Positions 38,327 through 53,002 are shown, counted from the first letter of the stretch. The stretch is 64,000 nt of DNA from Octopus bimaculoides (GCF_001194135.2 NC_068986.1:30287091-30351090), one strand, 5' to 3'. The notes: generated by a model not told the origin, from the sequence alone. A program made the numbers and translations.

Positions 38327-41300
38327 GTGTAACCATAAACCAAGCCACACACACATACATCTTGCAGCTTCTATCTACCAAATCCACTCACAAGGCATAG
38401 GTCAGCCTCGAGGCTACAATAGAAGACATTTGCATGAGAGGCTGCACAGTGCAGGTAAACTTGAAACCACATGGTTGAGAACTGACCTTCATAATCACAC
38501 AGCCATGTCTACACCTACCCCCACCACCATATATATATATACACACACACAAACACATGATGGTAGTCTGCTGTGATGAGTCTACAAACAAACACAAAAT
38601 ATCTAAGAGTATATTTTTTTCTCCCTCTGAAGAGCTTATGCTCAGAAATATGATTTTAATATTTAACTAATTTCTCTGCACTTAAGCTGTAAGGGATAAT
38701 GATTTGTTGCTGATAATAAACTCTTGTTAACCTAAATATCTCCATTTTCTTATTCTTCATTTGCATAATTATAAACCATGGTTTATATATAAACCTATTA
38801 TTTTATGGATATTAATTTCCCCCAAAAAATATTAGGTATTGAACCAGTATTTCCTTGGATGACACCATCCCTTCTTGAGGCNNNNNNNNNNTATATATAT
38901 ATATATGCACACTCTGGGAGGTCCTGCTGCCATTTAAAAAAATACCCACACTTGCTTTTATTATGAAATAAGTAATTAGTTGATTAAAAGGGTTGTCAAA
39001 GCTCTTTCATCACAGTCTTTGACTATCAGTAATGTGCTATGACATGATTTTGCATCAAGAATCTTACAAATGCGTGCATGGTTGAATGGTGATGAAATCT
39101 ACTTCTGAATTGCAAGGTTCTGGAAATGATCCCACATTGCATCAACTCGGCTAAGTGGGTTCCGCCATAGCCTTGGATCAACTTAAACCTTGTGAGTGAA
39201 ATTAAATGGTAATTCAGCAAAGGCCCATTAGATCAGCTGTAACTTGAACTTTAATCTTGTTGCACTGATTCTGCTGAAGGCTTACTCTAAGAGTACAACC
39301 AGTACTATGAAATTACGCAGTAACTTACATTATAATTCAATCAGTAGTTAGTTCTGTTGATTGAATAACTGGAACTTTCATTCATTGAAATCAACACAAG
39401 AGCCATTCATAAATATATAATTAACAGTTTAACTTGAATTGCAAGTGGCCAAGTTAATACTGAGTGTGTTGACTAAAACGTCAATGGTTTTACTTTCTAT
39501 GACTGCTGCTGCATTAAATCTATGGCAGAAACATTTAACTCTTGCTAGCTGTAAATAAGTAAGATGAGTAAATAGAGATTACTAGCAGAAACACTGAATA
39601 ATTAACAAACTTTATACGTGTTTGCAGTGTTGGAGTACACTTGGAGTTTGGCCAAGATGTAAGTGCTTATAACATAGCTTGTTTAATAAATTCCATTATA
39701 ATTATACTAAATTGACTGTATATGAACGAATCTATTTAATGTTGGTTGAGAGAGACTAGATCTACATTTTGCACATAACTTGTTTGTAAGGTTCAGTTCT
39801 TTTTTTATTGGTTATTACTACTTCCGGATCTCTGAGATGAATCGATTACAATAGTCTTTCAGACTATTAGCCACATCTTGTATGTTTTGAGGGTCTTACA
39901 CCATGTTTTGATATGTTGAATCGCTGAGCTTTTGAAGATGGGCTATTGCAACAATTACACATTCTCTGAGTTGTAAAGGTATCAAAATCCACAACATTGA
40001 TACCCTACATTAACAATGGAGGTTATGAGCTCTAATCTAGCATGAACTCTGTGTGTACTCACACATTCATACACACAAACACTCGCATGCATGCATTTAT
40101 ATAGTCATTGTTCTTTCCTGACCCTTCTACCATCCACTTCAATTGGATGCTCTGCCCTCTGCTGTTGCAAGCAGTAACCCTTTGTCTTCACAGATACGAG
40201 AGATCTACCTCTTAGATAGTCTACCATGTGGTCTGGGGTTTGGGGAACTTTTGGTGCAACACCAATACTGCATTGTTATTGCATTACCTTTCTTATTACA
40301 TGACCAAATTATTTCAATCATTACCTCAAATTGTGTATGTCATGAGAAGAGATGTGTGTACATATGTATACGTCTGTGTGTGTAAAATTGATTAGAAATT
40401 GAGCTGGTAAAAAAAATTACCCCCNNNNNNNNNNNNNNNNNNNNNNNNNNNNNNNNNNNNNNNNNNNNNNNNNNNNNNNNNNNNNNNAAAAAAAAAAAAA
40501 ATTCGGGTTTAAGAACTATAAACTGATGCTTCTCCCAAGTCTTCCTTGATCTACTACATATTTCCACTGCCAACTTGAGAAATATATTTTTCCAACAGGT
40601 AACCATTCACTTTACATGATCTATATGAATGGTCACCTCTCTTAAATTTGATCCCCAGATACTTCCTCACTGGCTCTCACTATTTATGAATATGTTCACC
40701 CCAACCCTCCCTGCAATAACCACTACTTCCAATCCTTCTGCTCATAATGGCAGCCCTCTGGAATTCCTATACTGTCTATGTTGCTCTGGCAGCCATCATA
40801 TTGCTGTTATTTAAGCAGAACATTAACTGTATTTATCTTACCAGTCTCTGAAGACCTATGTTAGCCATGAGTATAACCCTTTCCACTAATAATAATAATA
40901 ATAATAATAAAAAAAGAGATGAGAAATGATTACACAAAAATATGTCTTAAGTTTGCTATATACACCAGAAGTCTGAACAACAAAACAATGTGAGTTAATT
41001 ATCTTCTCAAACACACAAAGAAACATCACCAACCAGTCAACAGTTTCAATGATAATTTATAAAATTCCTGTTACACTTAATCAAAAACTGTACCTGGTTA
41101 CTTTCTTGTACTGAGTTATTTTCATACAGTAACATAGCTTATCTAACACACATCTTAATTGACACATTCATCTCCAATCACTGTAGATCTACTATATTTA
41201 CTGACAGTGTTTTACTATTGTACATTTTGTTTTTTTAAATGTCTCAGACACACAGAAAATCTTCACGTTCACCAGTGGTAATACTTCTCGAAACTCCTTT

Positions 41301-42085
41301 AAACGCTAACTCTAATTAGAAGAGTCTATCAGTTTCTATCAAATATTTGAATAGTTTCTAGCGCAGTGATGACAACCTTTTTTTTTTAAACCTGGCATGT
41401 TGAAATTTTTATTTCTTTCATAATCATTTTACAGTAGAGTTGCTCACAAGGTGTTTTTTTTTTGTTTTTTTATCCAGAGAAAACCGTTTCAAAGTCAATG
41501 TTTATTGGTTGGATTTAGCAATAATTTTCATTTTTTTTTTTGTTTGTTTCTTTCATGTTGTGGCTTAGCTGCAAATTCTTTATCTTAATTGCTAACAGAT
41601 AATTAGCTTAAACCTTGTATCTTGCATCTTCATTGAAACATTTTATTCTATTTCTTCAAACTACATCACTGGTTGCTGCTAAGAACTGACATGCAGTTAG
41701 AAAGAGACCTTTTCAAAGAATATTGCCCCATTTCTCATTGAAAATATTCATCTTTCTTATTTCATTTAATTATTTTCTTGATACCATGAAGGTAAAGTCA
41801 TACTCTTAGATGTAGCAGCAATGATGTTGGTGGATATATCTCAATGTTTTGTAGTCTAAATGTGGCATAATAACTTACTAAACGTTTATGAAAATATATG
41901 TGGATGATTCAAATTTGAATCTAAATCTGTGAACATAAACAAATTTTATACAGGCTCTGCCAATACAAAATATCAATGTCAGTGTTGATCATATACACTA
42001 ATGTATACATTTAAATTTAAACAACAATCTATTTTACAATTTTATACACATGCATTTTATTTATTTACTTTTTCTTCTTTTGTAG

Positions 42086-42549
42086 GTAGCGAAGGGACTT
42101 TTGCAACAAGCCCTGGTTCTCATACAAATAATGCTGCCAAAACACATTTAATAAACAATGACTCACCAGGCTCCCTGGATCTAGGTTCTCAATCTGCTCC
42201 TGATTCCTTTATTGATATTCCCAGCCGAAAACCCTCCTATCTAAAGCTTAGTTGTTCTGTGAGTGGTTATGGCAAGTACAGTGTTTATAGCTCCTACAAG
42301 GATATTGAAAGGCGCTCACCATTCTCAAGCAGTTCTTCATTAAAGGCAGAATCCAGATCAACATCATGTGAAATGCCTGCCATACAATCAGATAATAAGG
42401 AAGTTACAAAAAGTATTGATGACAGTCCCTCTAAAGACAAAGAGCTGAAAGCTGACATGGATGGCTCTGTACCTGCATCTTCCAATGGCATCGATGGTAT
42501 ACCTGAATCTTCTGTTATTAACATCACATCAACTGAATCATCTCATGTG
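42086..42549 (+). CDS. DLGAP: DLGAP internal exon, Ser/Asp-rich disordered region with RKPSYLKLSCSVSGY motif
   Basis: Long polypyrimidine tract + tag acceptor (42084-85), 464-nt open frame, GTAAGT donor at 42550. The phase-0 end matches exon 52897. Confidence 0.82.
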
Positions 42550-44714
42550 GTAAGTGATTACCAACAGATTTTTTTTTCATAATTCATTGATAGAAAAATA
42601 AGCCTTATTACACTGTGAAGCAATATTCTTTGATTTCAAAACTGTTTTATTCCCTACTGTTTCTTTATTAACTAGCTGTTCTTCCTCTCAACACAGCCAT
42701 AGTCAATTCTTTAAATTACACCTGTCAGATTTTTATTCACACATATGAAGAGATTAACTTAATTCAGAAAGCTGAAAACATAAGAAATATAGAGATGGAA
42801 AAATTCCCTAGACTGTATTCAGACAATATCTGATCATACATCTGCATTGCTTAAATTCTTTTCCCAGCAATAGTAGAATTACTCTTCACTGTGAACATAG
42901 AAAACTCAAATAAACTATTTCTCAATTAAAGTTTTGGAATTTTTACTACAAAATTAGAAAAAGTTACTTCCTTTACTTGGTTTGATGAACAATAAAAAAG
43001 CTATATTTTTTAATGGGCACAGAAATAGGTGTATGTTTAAGAAGTTTGTTTAACAACCAAGCAGTTCCAAATTCAGTCCCACTGAACAGCATCTTGCGGT
43101 ATGATAGAAGACCCGGTCAAATGTCTTCTGTCATAACCTTGCATTGACCAATGACTTTTAAGTAAACTTTTAGAGACGGAAACTATGCAGAAACCCATTA
43201 TATACATGTGTATGTATGTGTATGCACATGTATGTATGTATGTATGTATGTATGTATGTGTGGTGAAGATGTGTAGCTTAGTGGTTTGAGTGATGACCTC
43301 ATAGTCATTAGATTATTGGTTCAATCTCTGGATCATCTTGTACATGGCCTAGGCACTTCATTTCACACTACTCTAGCCTGTTCAGCTGAAAATGAGTATT
43401 AGCTGATGACTACTGGTGCATCCTTCTCTCTCTCCCTCTCCCTCCTGCTCAGCTAAGTATGGAAGTATGTCAGTGTGTGTATTTTAGTACTTAGGCCCTC
43501 AAAACAATTAGCAAACCATGCTACTCACTTGCATATGGCAGCTAAAGCAACCTCATTAGTGCTGGTAACACAAAGAAAAGAAAAAAAAAAAGCACTTGGT
43601 ACACTCTGTAAGGCGGTTGGTGTTAGGAACCTAAATCAAAGCAGACATTGGAGTACAACACTATCCTCCCACCCATCAGATCCTGTCTGACCCAAGCTGC
43701 TATAAGAAAAGCATTAAAAGATGATGATGTAATCACACTTTGGCGATTTCCCATCTTAAGAGCATTGGAAGTAATTAAGCCCATCTTTTTATTTCTTAAA
43801 TATGGGATCAGTGTCTCTTTATAAAAATACATAGCCTACTTCTTCAAATTCGATGTCCTGTAACTGAGTGAGACTGATAACAGTCTTTGGAATAGTGTTA
43901 GATGTAATTGGTTTATCTTTAGAAAAATTGCACAAGACAATTCTAGAGAAGAATATATATGGTGACTTTAATTACAGCTGCTGCTTTAAATGATGTGTGT
44001 ATGTGTGTATATATATATATACATACTCAACTCGTACACAATGTTATATTTGACGTCTGAACAGAAAACAACTAATCTAATGTCTTGCTTTTACAAACAC
44101 AAATGATGAATGTGCCATTAAATACTGATTCTGTTTATTCGACCCATATCTAGAACACACTTTATTCAAGTTAAAGTAGTTTTTAAAAAATATCGCATCA
44201 TCATCATCATCATCAATTTGTTTGCTTAACAAAAGTAGAAATAAACAAAAATTTATATAGTTTGATCTTACAACCTATTTTTATGAAATTCTGTCTCTTT
44301 CAAACTCCACAAGTGCCCAGGCCATCCTTTCTATCAATAAACACCATTGTATTGCAATTCACAATAATTTACATTAATTCCAAGCCCATAGTATTCATTT
44401 CTTCACCTATTTCTCACTTAGACATTCTTTCCCCTCTAATGTTCACATCACCTTCATTAACTCTGAAAGTGTTTTTTGTTACCTTTCAGTTTCAATATAC
44501 ATTAAACTATCATTTCTTCCATTTAATTCAAGTCACATATGATTATCTTTTGATGCCTCCCTTTCATTACCCTGCTAAAAAATTCACTTGTGTGTGTGTG
44601 TGCATGTGTGTGTTTGCATGTTTGCGTGTGTGTGTGTGTATGTTTGCGCGTGTGTGTGTGTGTTTGTGTGTATGCATGCATATGTACTTTTGTGTGTGTT
44701 TGTATACATGTGTA

Positions 44715-44972
44715 ACCAAAGTCTTAATAAGCAGGAAGATAGACAAACCACAAATACCTTCAGGTAGATGGCCCTGCTTGATCTGTAGAAAAGGTGTAGG
44801 TAGAAACTCCATAAGATGTACCCAGTGTAGGCTATGGCCACATAAGAGGTGCAGCAATATCGAAGGAAGGCTAACTGGGAAGATAGTTTTTGTATGTGGC
44901 AAATGCTCAGGAGCAATAAACACTGAAAATGTGCAGAGAACAGCTTCTGTCACATTCCAGGGAGAAAAACTT
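44715..44972 (+). mobile_element. RTE-type LINE fragment (Cys-rich segment downstream of RT)
   Basis: TKVLISRKIDKPQIPSGRWPCLICRKGVGRNSIRCTQCRLWPHKRCSNIEGRLTGKIVFVCGKCSG...QGEKL, bounded by (GT)n repeats. Confidence 0.75.
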
Positions 44973-45656
44973 TATATGCTTGTGCGTTTGTGTGTATAAT
45001 CATGGTGCCTTTTAGTAAGTCCAGTGACTATTTAATTTTATTAACTAGACAGAGAAAGTAGGGTAGTTCTTTAAGCTCTCTACAAGTCCAATTTTGTTGG
45101 TGTTCTGCTTGAATTTGTGCATGTCAACACCTGCAAGGAAAATGGAGGCAAGGAAGGAATTTTGAGCAAAATATTTAGTGTGGAGTCTGAAAGATAAGAC
45201 ACAGTAATGATGAGAGGAGGAGTGACAATTACATCAGGTTGGGTAAGTGTATTGGAAGCAGTATACCTGGAAGCCAGTGGGTTACAGTATGTTAGTTTTG
45301 TTAATAAGATGGATTACCTTCTTTTGTATGGAGGATATTTATATGTGCATATATACAGCAACAGTACTATTTGAGATATGTAAGCAGTACTTTAATGTGG
45401 ATCACAATTTTGTTCTATTATGTATTATCCAGAGATTAGGATAAATCCCTGAAGAGAATGATTGATAAGTTTGGTGAGATAAGAAATAGCTGAGAAGTGT
45501 ACTAGCTTGGCAATAATAGAAAGGCCATCAGTCACTAGTTACCTTGTTGGATTTGAGTCAATGTAGCTGTTTTTTGAATTTTGTAATTGAACGTATGGAG
45601 CAGGCGAGACAGATGTGAAGATGTCAATCTTGGAAGTAATTTGTTTTTTTTTTTTT

Positions 45657-45828
45657 TGGCTGTGTGGTAAGTAGCTTGCTTACCAACCACATGGTTCTGG
45701 GTTCAGTCCCACTGCGTGGCACCTTGGGCAGGTGTCTTCTACTATAGCCTCGGGCCGACCAAAGCCTTAGCCTTGTGAGTGGATTTGGTTGACGGAAACT
45801 GAAAGAAGCCCGTCGTATATATATATAT
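45657..45828 (+). mobile_element. SINE family A, 5' half, interrupted by a family D element and an assembly gap
   Basis: GGCTGTGTGGTAAGTAGCTTGCTTACC...GAAACTGAAAGAAGCCCGTCG. Confidence 0.8.
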
Positions 45829-47446
45829 CATCATCATCATCGTTTAACGTCCGCTTTCCATGCTAGCATGGGTTGGACGATTTGACTGAGGACTGGTGAA
45901 AACGGATGGCAACACCAGGCTCCAATCTAAATTTGACAGAGTTTCNNNNNNNNNNNNNNNNNNNNNNNNNNNNNNNNNNNNNNNNNNNNNNNNNNNNNNN
46001 NNNNNNNNNNNNNNNNNNNNNNNNNNNNNNNNNNNNNNNNNNNNNNNNNNNNNNNNNNNNNNNNNNNNNNNNNNNNNNNNNNNNNNNNNNNNNNNNNNNN
46101 NNNNNNNNNNNNNNNNNNNNNNNNNNNNNNNNNNNNNNNNNNNNNNNNNNNNNNNNNNNNNNNNNNNNNNNNNNNNNNNNNNNNNNNNNNNNNNNNNNNN
46201 NNNNNNNNNNNNNNNNNNNNNNNNNNNNNNNNNNNNNNNNNNNNNNNNNNNNNNNNNNNNNNNNNNNNNNNNNNNNNNNNNNNNNNNNNNNNNNNNNNNN
46301 NNNNNNNNNNNNNNNNNNNNNNNNNNNNNNNNNNNNNNNNNNNNNNNNNNNNNNNNNNNNNNNNNNNNNNNNNNNNNNNNNNNNNNNNNNNNNNNNNNNN
46401 NNNNNNNNNNNNNNNNNNNNNNNNNNNNNNNNNNNNNNNNNNNNNNNNNNNNNNNNNNNNNNNNNNNNNNNNNNNNNNNNNNNNNNNNNNNNNNNNNNNN
46501 NNNNNNNNNNNNNNNNNNNNNNNNNNNNNNNNNNNNNNNNNNNNNNNNNNNNNNNNNNNNNNNNNNNNNNNNNNNNNNNNNNNNNNNNNNNNNNNNNNNN
46601 NNNNNNNNNNNNNNNNNNNNNNNNNNNNNNNNNNNNNNNNNNNNNNNNNNNNNNNNNNNNNNNNNNNNNNNNNNNNNNNNNNNNNNNNNNNNNNNNNNNN
46701 NNNNNNNNNNNNNNNNNNNNNNNNNNNNNNNNNNNNNNNNNNNNNNNNNNNNNNNNNNNNNNNNNNNNNNNNNNNNNNNNNNNNNNNNNNNNNNNNNNNN
46801 NNNNNNNNNNNNNNNNNNNNNNNNNNNNNNNNNNNNNNNNNNNNNNNNNNNNNNNNNNNNNNNNNNNNNNNNNNNNNNNNNNNNNNNNNNNNNNNNNNNN
46901 NNNNNACAGTGGAAAGCAAAATGGGTGGCTAAGATGCAGACATGGTTGTGTGGTTAAGGGGCTTACTTTGCAACATGTGACTTTGGGTTCATTCCCACTG
47001 CATGGTATCCTGGACAAGTGTCTTCTGCTATAGCTCTGGAACAACCAATGCTGTGTGAGTGAATTTAGTAGACAGAAACTGTGTGGAAGCCCATCGTGTG
47101 TGTTGGTTGACATCCTTCTAGGTCAGTGGTTTGGCAAAAGCAAGTGATGGAAGTACCAGACTTAAAAATAAGTCCTTGGGTCAACTGTTTGACTAAAACC
47201 CTTTAAGACAGTGCTCCAGTGCCTGAAACAAGGGAAAGATGAAAGATTATCATTATTTTTACAGACCATTGTTGTTGACTGACATGTAATAAGAGAATTC
47301 TGAAAGATTAATGGAAACCCCCTTCACTAGATGCAATAAGAGAGACGAGAAAATTTGGCAGTCATGCAATGCACAAAGACCTGCTTTAGAGTGGTAGACA
47401 AATGCTTCTCAATTGAGACACTGGTGAATGATTTCCTCCAAATGTT

Positions 47447-47863
47447 AGGCGCAGGAGTGGCTGTGTGGTAAGTAGCTTGCTTACCAACCACATGGTTCTG
47501 GGTTCAGTCCCACTGCGTAGCACCTTGGGCAAGTGTCTTCTGCTATAGCCTTGGGCCGATCAAAGCCTTGTGATTGGATTTGGTTGACGGAAACTGAAAG
47601 AAGCCTGTCGTATATATATATAAATGTATATGTGTGTGTGTTTGTGCATCTGTGTTTGTCCCCCCAACATCGCTTGATAACCGATGTTGGTGTGTTTACG
47701 TCTCCGTAACTTAGCGGTTCGGCAAAAGAGACCGATAGAATAAGTACTAGGCTAACAAAGAATAAGTCCTGGGGTTGATTTGCTCGACTAAAGGTGATGC
47801 TCCAGCATGGCCACAGTCAAATGACAGAAACAAGTAAAAAAAAAAAAAAAAGAGTAAAAAGAG
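47447..47863 (+). mobile_element. SINE family A, full-length copy (tRNA-like head, CORE-like segment, internal TA/GT microsatellite, GTAAAAGA tail)
   Basis: Head GGCTGTGTGGTAAG...GGTTCAGTCCC, then CACCTTGGGCAAGTGTCTT; more than 15 related copies in the window. Confidence 0.85.
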
Positions 47864-48736
47864 TTAACTTTGCCTGTAATGTAACACAGTTGCAAATAAA
47901 CCATCTGAATATTTGGTGGGTAACATGTTTAGGTCTTGAGAGGGATGTTGAGAAACCTGCCTAAAAGAGTTAATGTTAGTCATCAACTTAGCTGTGGTGG
48001 ATGGGTTAATGCTGAAGCATATTTGCTGCCAAAAGTGGTCAGCCTTGCTTTCAGAATTTTAAAAGTTATTTATAAAAATAATTAGATTTAATCTTACAGA
48101 ATGTATTTCTATTTCAAAACTTTATATTTTTTTTCCATGTGTGGAAAACGGAACAAATATTTCATTTTTGATTTTTTTCTAAATTTTTTTTTTTATTCTA
48201 GAATCAAATTAATAATCTAAAATGATTGTTATTGATGGTTGATCAATGACTGAACAGCAAATATAAAGTGTGTACATACATACATACATACATTATACTG
48301 CTTTCAAATTTTGGCACAAGACTAGCAATTTCAGGGGAGGGGCTAAGTTGATTAAATTGTCTCCAGTTCTCAACTGATATTTATTTTATTGGCCCCGAAA
48401 GAATGAAAAGGCAAAGTCAACCCCAGCAATATTTGAACCCAGAATGTAAAGACAGATGAAATGCTGTTATGTATTTTGCCCAGCATGCTAGCGATTCAGC
48501 CAGCACAGCACCTTAATGCATACATTATATTGATAGATAAATTGATTGACTGATTAATTAATTGATTGATTGATTGATTGATTGATTACAGCCATGCAGA
48601 GGCAATAACTTCATTGGCTTAATTATTTCTGTCTGATATTGTATTGATCTTTATTTATTGAATCACCAAGTTATTAGACATAAATAGACACAACCCAATT
48701 AAAAACTTGGTGTAAATACAGACTGATGTGTAAATG

Positions 48737-48781
<45 letters not shown>

Positions 48782-49117
48782 GATTTCTACTTAGCTTCTG
48801 TTTACCAAATTCCATTCACAGAGCATTAGGCCAACCCAAAACTACAACAGAAGACACTCACTCAAGATGCTACACAATGGTATCAAACCCAGAACCTCAT
48901 GGTTGCAAGCAAACCTCTTAATCATGTGATTGTACCCCCATCATACACACACATGCACATACATGATCCGAGAACCCTGTGAGACATAAACTCAGGTCTC
49001 CTTTCTGAGCAAAAGGAAGAGAGGGTGGAGGTGACAAAGCAGTCAATTTAGAATTTGACAATAAGTACCTGTTGCGAGGTCACCTAGTATTGTTTAAACA
49101 AACTTGCTGAGAGGGAG

Positions 49118-49154
<37 letters not shown>

Positions 49155-52100
49155 NNNNNNNNNNNNNNNNNNNNNNNNNNNNNNNNNNNNNNNNNNNNNN
49201 NNNNNNNNNNNNNNNNNNNNNNNNNNNNNNNNNNNNNNNNNNNNNNNNNNNNNNNNNNNNNNNNNNNNNNNNNNNNNNNNNNNNNNNNNNNNNNNNNNNN
49301 NNNNNNNNNNNNNNNNNNNNNNNNNNNNNNNNNNNNNNNNNNNNNNNNNNNNNNNNNNNNNNNNNNNNNNNNNNNNNNNNNNNNNNNNNNNNNNNNNNNN
49401 NNNNNNNNNNNNNNNNNNNNNNNNNNNNNNNNNNNNNNNNNNNNNNNNNNNNNNNNNNNNNNNNNNNNNNNNTTCTTAGCCCCTTTTCACACTGGTTACA
49501 CATGTTTTGTTTTGTTTTTGCACCTGGCTCATGTGACTACTCCTTCCTTCAGATAATATTGCTTCTTTGTGGTTCTACTACCATGTTAATACCGACAGCT
49601 GTGCTTACTGCCAGAAGGCTGAGCTGTAGGGCTTGTGGAAATTAAGGGCACTGAGATCAAATTTCTTTTCTTCCAAAGGTGTTTTGTTTGTTGTTTTTAT
49701 TCTCATTCAAAAAAAAAAAACTGTTTTTCTGACAGCCGGTTTAGGACTTCTCCAATAATGTAATTTTATGTCTAACATGATTACATAGATCAATCATGGT
49801 AGTAAGCTTTTGTTTCTTCTTATGCCTTCAAGACTTTTATTCTTTTTTAAACAAAAAACAAATTCCTTATCTTTCAAAATGTCTTTCCTTTAAAAACTTC
49901 CTCATTACTCGTACATGTTCAACCTTTGCTGTATTGGTATTCTCCAGTCAGGATGGTCAAGGGTAGAATATCTTTGATAATAGGTTTACTTGATCAGAGC
50001 CAACCCAGGGCCAAATAACAATCATATTGAGAATCAAATAAATGCACAGTATAATTAACAATATCAATAATTATTCTATTTCCTTCAAATTTCTTAAGTT
50101 TTGTGTGAAATGAACAATATGGAAATTCAGTAGAAAATATGAGAATCGTTGATGTTAACCATTATTATAACAATGGTATTATCAGTCCAAATATGCTTCT
50201 GTTTTGTCATGGAGAAAATTTCTCACTGTAGACAAATGCCGTAAATACACCTAAAATCAGCTCGCTGCACCGTCTACCCAGACTGTGAGAAGTCATTTCA
50301 GAGTGATTATCTCCTCTTGAGTTACAGAGACTGGACAGGGTGCACTGTGAGTACTTACTGGAACCAGTGTACAATTGGTTTATTGAAAAATAAACCAGTT
50401 ACAAAGTCTTCTTTCCTCTTTAGTGCATTGGTTAAGAAGTTTGTTTCACAACCTCATGATTCTGAGTGGCCCCTTGGGCAAATGTCTTCTACCATAGACT
50501 CATATTGAGTGATACTTGTAAGTGGAATTTGACAGAAACCCATCATGCATGTGGGTGCTTATATATGTGTGTATATTTTTGGCTGATGTATATCAGTGAA
50601 GGATCTAAACATTGGCAAGAAAACCAAACAAGTGGTGCATTACAAATGAAGTCCCTTGAGATGTTCTGTTCTACATCAAGTTACAAACACCACCCACTTG
50701 TCATTCTCACCATCAGAAGTACAAGGAATTAGTTATTCGCTCAGTGGAAATCTATTAAAATCGGTGCTGTTCTTCAACCAGTGTAATATAAAATTATATA
50801 AGAAGAGATAAACAAACAGTTGTGCTTGAATTTCTAATGATCTTTATGGAATGGCATTAAAGTAACCAACTTATTAATCTAATAAACCAGAAATCATGTT
50901 CTTCTGTAAAAAATGATTCTGGAGTGAGCCAAACAAATAACTGTTGGTATAGTGAATGAAATTTTACATTAGACAGACAGGCAGACACATACACACATCA
51001 TTGTGTGCATAGTGAACAGTATAAAGTTTACATTGTACCGATTTAAATAATCATATAATTTTACATGCACACACTTATCTAATACATATAGACCTGGACA
51101 AAATAGTTACATAGCTGTGGATACTCGTACACATTCTTAAAGCTTACGTAAATAAGGTTTTTGTTCCTCCTTTTTATTCAGTTACAAGTTGCTGAAAAGA
51201 TGGAATTTACAAAATAACAAAATAACACAATGTTCTCTTGTTAATGTTTAGCCAGTCTTTTTTGTTCAAAGCATATACAGTCAGAGGGAAGTGCTTCTCT
51301 GTGAACATAGCATGTATAAAATTATTTTCCTTTTATCATTATAATTTACAGGTTTGTAGTTTTCATAGTGTTTTTTTTTCTTATTTTATCATTCAACTCT
51401 CCTTAAATTCCAAGTTCCACTTCAAGAATTTTTTTCTCATTTCACTATTTATTTTCACAATAAAGTGGAATTTTGTTTTTATATTTTCACTCAACCCTTT
51501 CTATTATCCAAAGAGGAGATATTTAAGTGAATCTAGTTTGTTTGGAATTGTTTTTTTTATTGAAAATAACCAACATGAATGGGAAAACATGGCTATATGC
51601 TACATGCACAACTCAAAGTCATGAGATGCCAAATTTTAACTAGGTTCCAGCATAGAATCTAAGCTTTACCATCTTCTCTGTTATTTCTACACTGGCATCC
51701 AGCTGTAGAAACTCTGCCAAATCAGATTGGAGCCTGGTGTCGCTTCCTGGTCCACCAGTCCTCAGTCAAATCGTCCAACCCATGCTAGCATGAAAAGCAG
51801 ACGTTAAATGACGACAACGACACACAATCACAAACCATAGAGGAAGGGGTCTTGTTGATATTATTTTCCTCAACATATGACTGATGCTTATTTTTTTGAC
51901 CCACGAGGCGATGAGAAGTAAACTATATTCCAACTGGGCTTTGAACTGAAAATGTAAAGAGTTAAAGCAAAATAGCACATAACATATTTTAAACTAGTGT
52001 CCTTTACATTTTTTTTTTATTGTATTGTTTGTTATAGCTTTCCAATAGACCAGTCACTGGGTCACTGCATTTCTGATATATATAAACGATTCTGTATATA

Positions 52101-52896
52101 TTTATTTATAACACATGCTGTACTGGTATTCTGGCAAAACGACTTACGTAGATAGTTACTAAATTTATCTTTAAACAACAGGATTTGCATAAAAATTTTT
52201 AAATGGTACATCTTAATTTATCTTAATTCAGTGTAATTCAGAAAAAAAATGGGCTGAATGAAAATTTGCAAACAGTTAAAAATATTTTGGTGTAGTTACA
52301 TAACTCTCTTGTAACTGGAAGAAAACTAAAGATACACTATTAATAAACTATGAGTATTCTGTCTCATAAAGTAAAATAGGTTTCCAAATTTAGGCAGCAA
52401 CAGATTAAGAACATCCTATTTCTATCTAAATCTGTAAATTATTATGTCTGGAGCAGCAGATTTCCCCCAACCACCAAGACATTATGTAATACAAGAGTGA
52501 CTGACCTCCTTGATGTGTTTTTACTGTCCCCTTTGATTTCTTAATTACTGTTTTACAAGCTATACATTTTATTACATTACAAGTAAATGTGCTTTATGGG
52601 CCTCTCTAAAGGAGACAGAAATGAACTTTATTGTTTTGAGGTGGGGGAATGGCAAGTAAGTGTCGAAATAGACTGTGGCTGTTTTAGCAGTTTACTTTTA
52701 TTTCTACTGGAAATTCTTGATATTATAAAAAAAAAAGAAGAAAAAAAACATTCTCAGGGGAACATAGACAAATAAATGAACACATATACACACACATATA
52801 TATATATACATATATTTACACTCATATAGAGTCATTTAATCTTAAATTTTCTACATACCTCACATACAAATAATTTTTCTCTCTTTTCTCTGGCAG

Positions 52897-53002
52897 GATG
52901 GAGACTATTTCCTGAAACTAACACTGAAAGAAGAGGAAAAGTTATCAAAACTATGTGCTGAGACTGCAAATGATTTAGATAAACACCATCTACCTGATGA
53001 TG
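52897..53002 (+). CDS. DLGAP: DLGAP exon, start of GKAP domain (DGDYFLKLTLKEEEKLSKLCAETANDLDKHHLPDD)
   Basis: Acceptor ctcttttctctggcag and donor gtaaat at 53003; 106 nt. Not in the ORF track because it is short. Confidence 0.92.

Noticed and set aside
44262-44999. 245-aa ORF as a zinc-finger host gene
   Set aside because: It is a composite of AT-rich intron, microsatellite and an RTE LINE Cys-rich fragment, with no splice signals.
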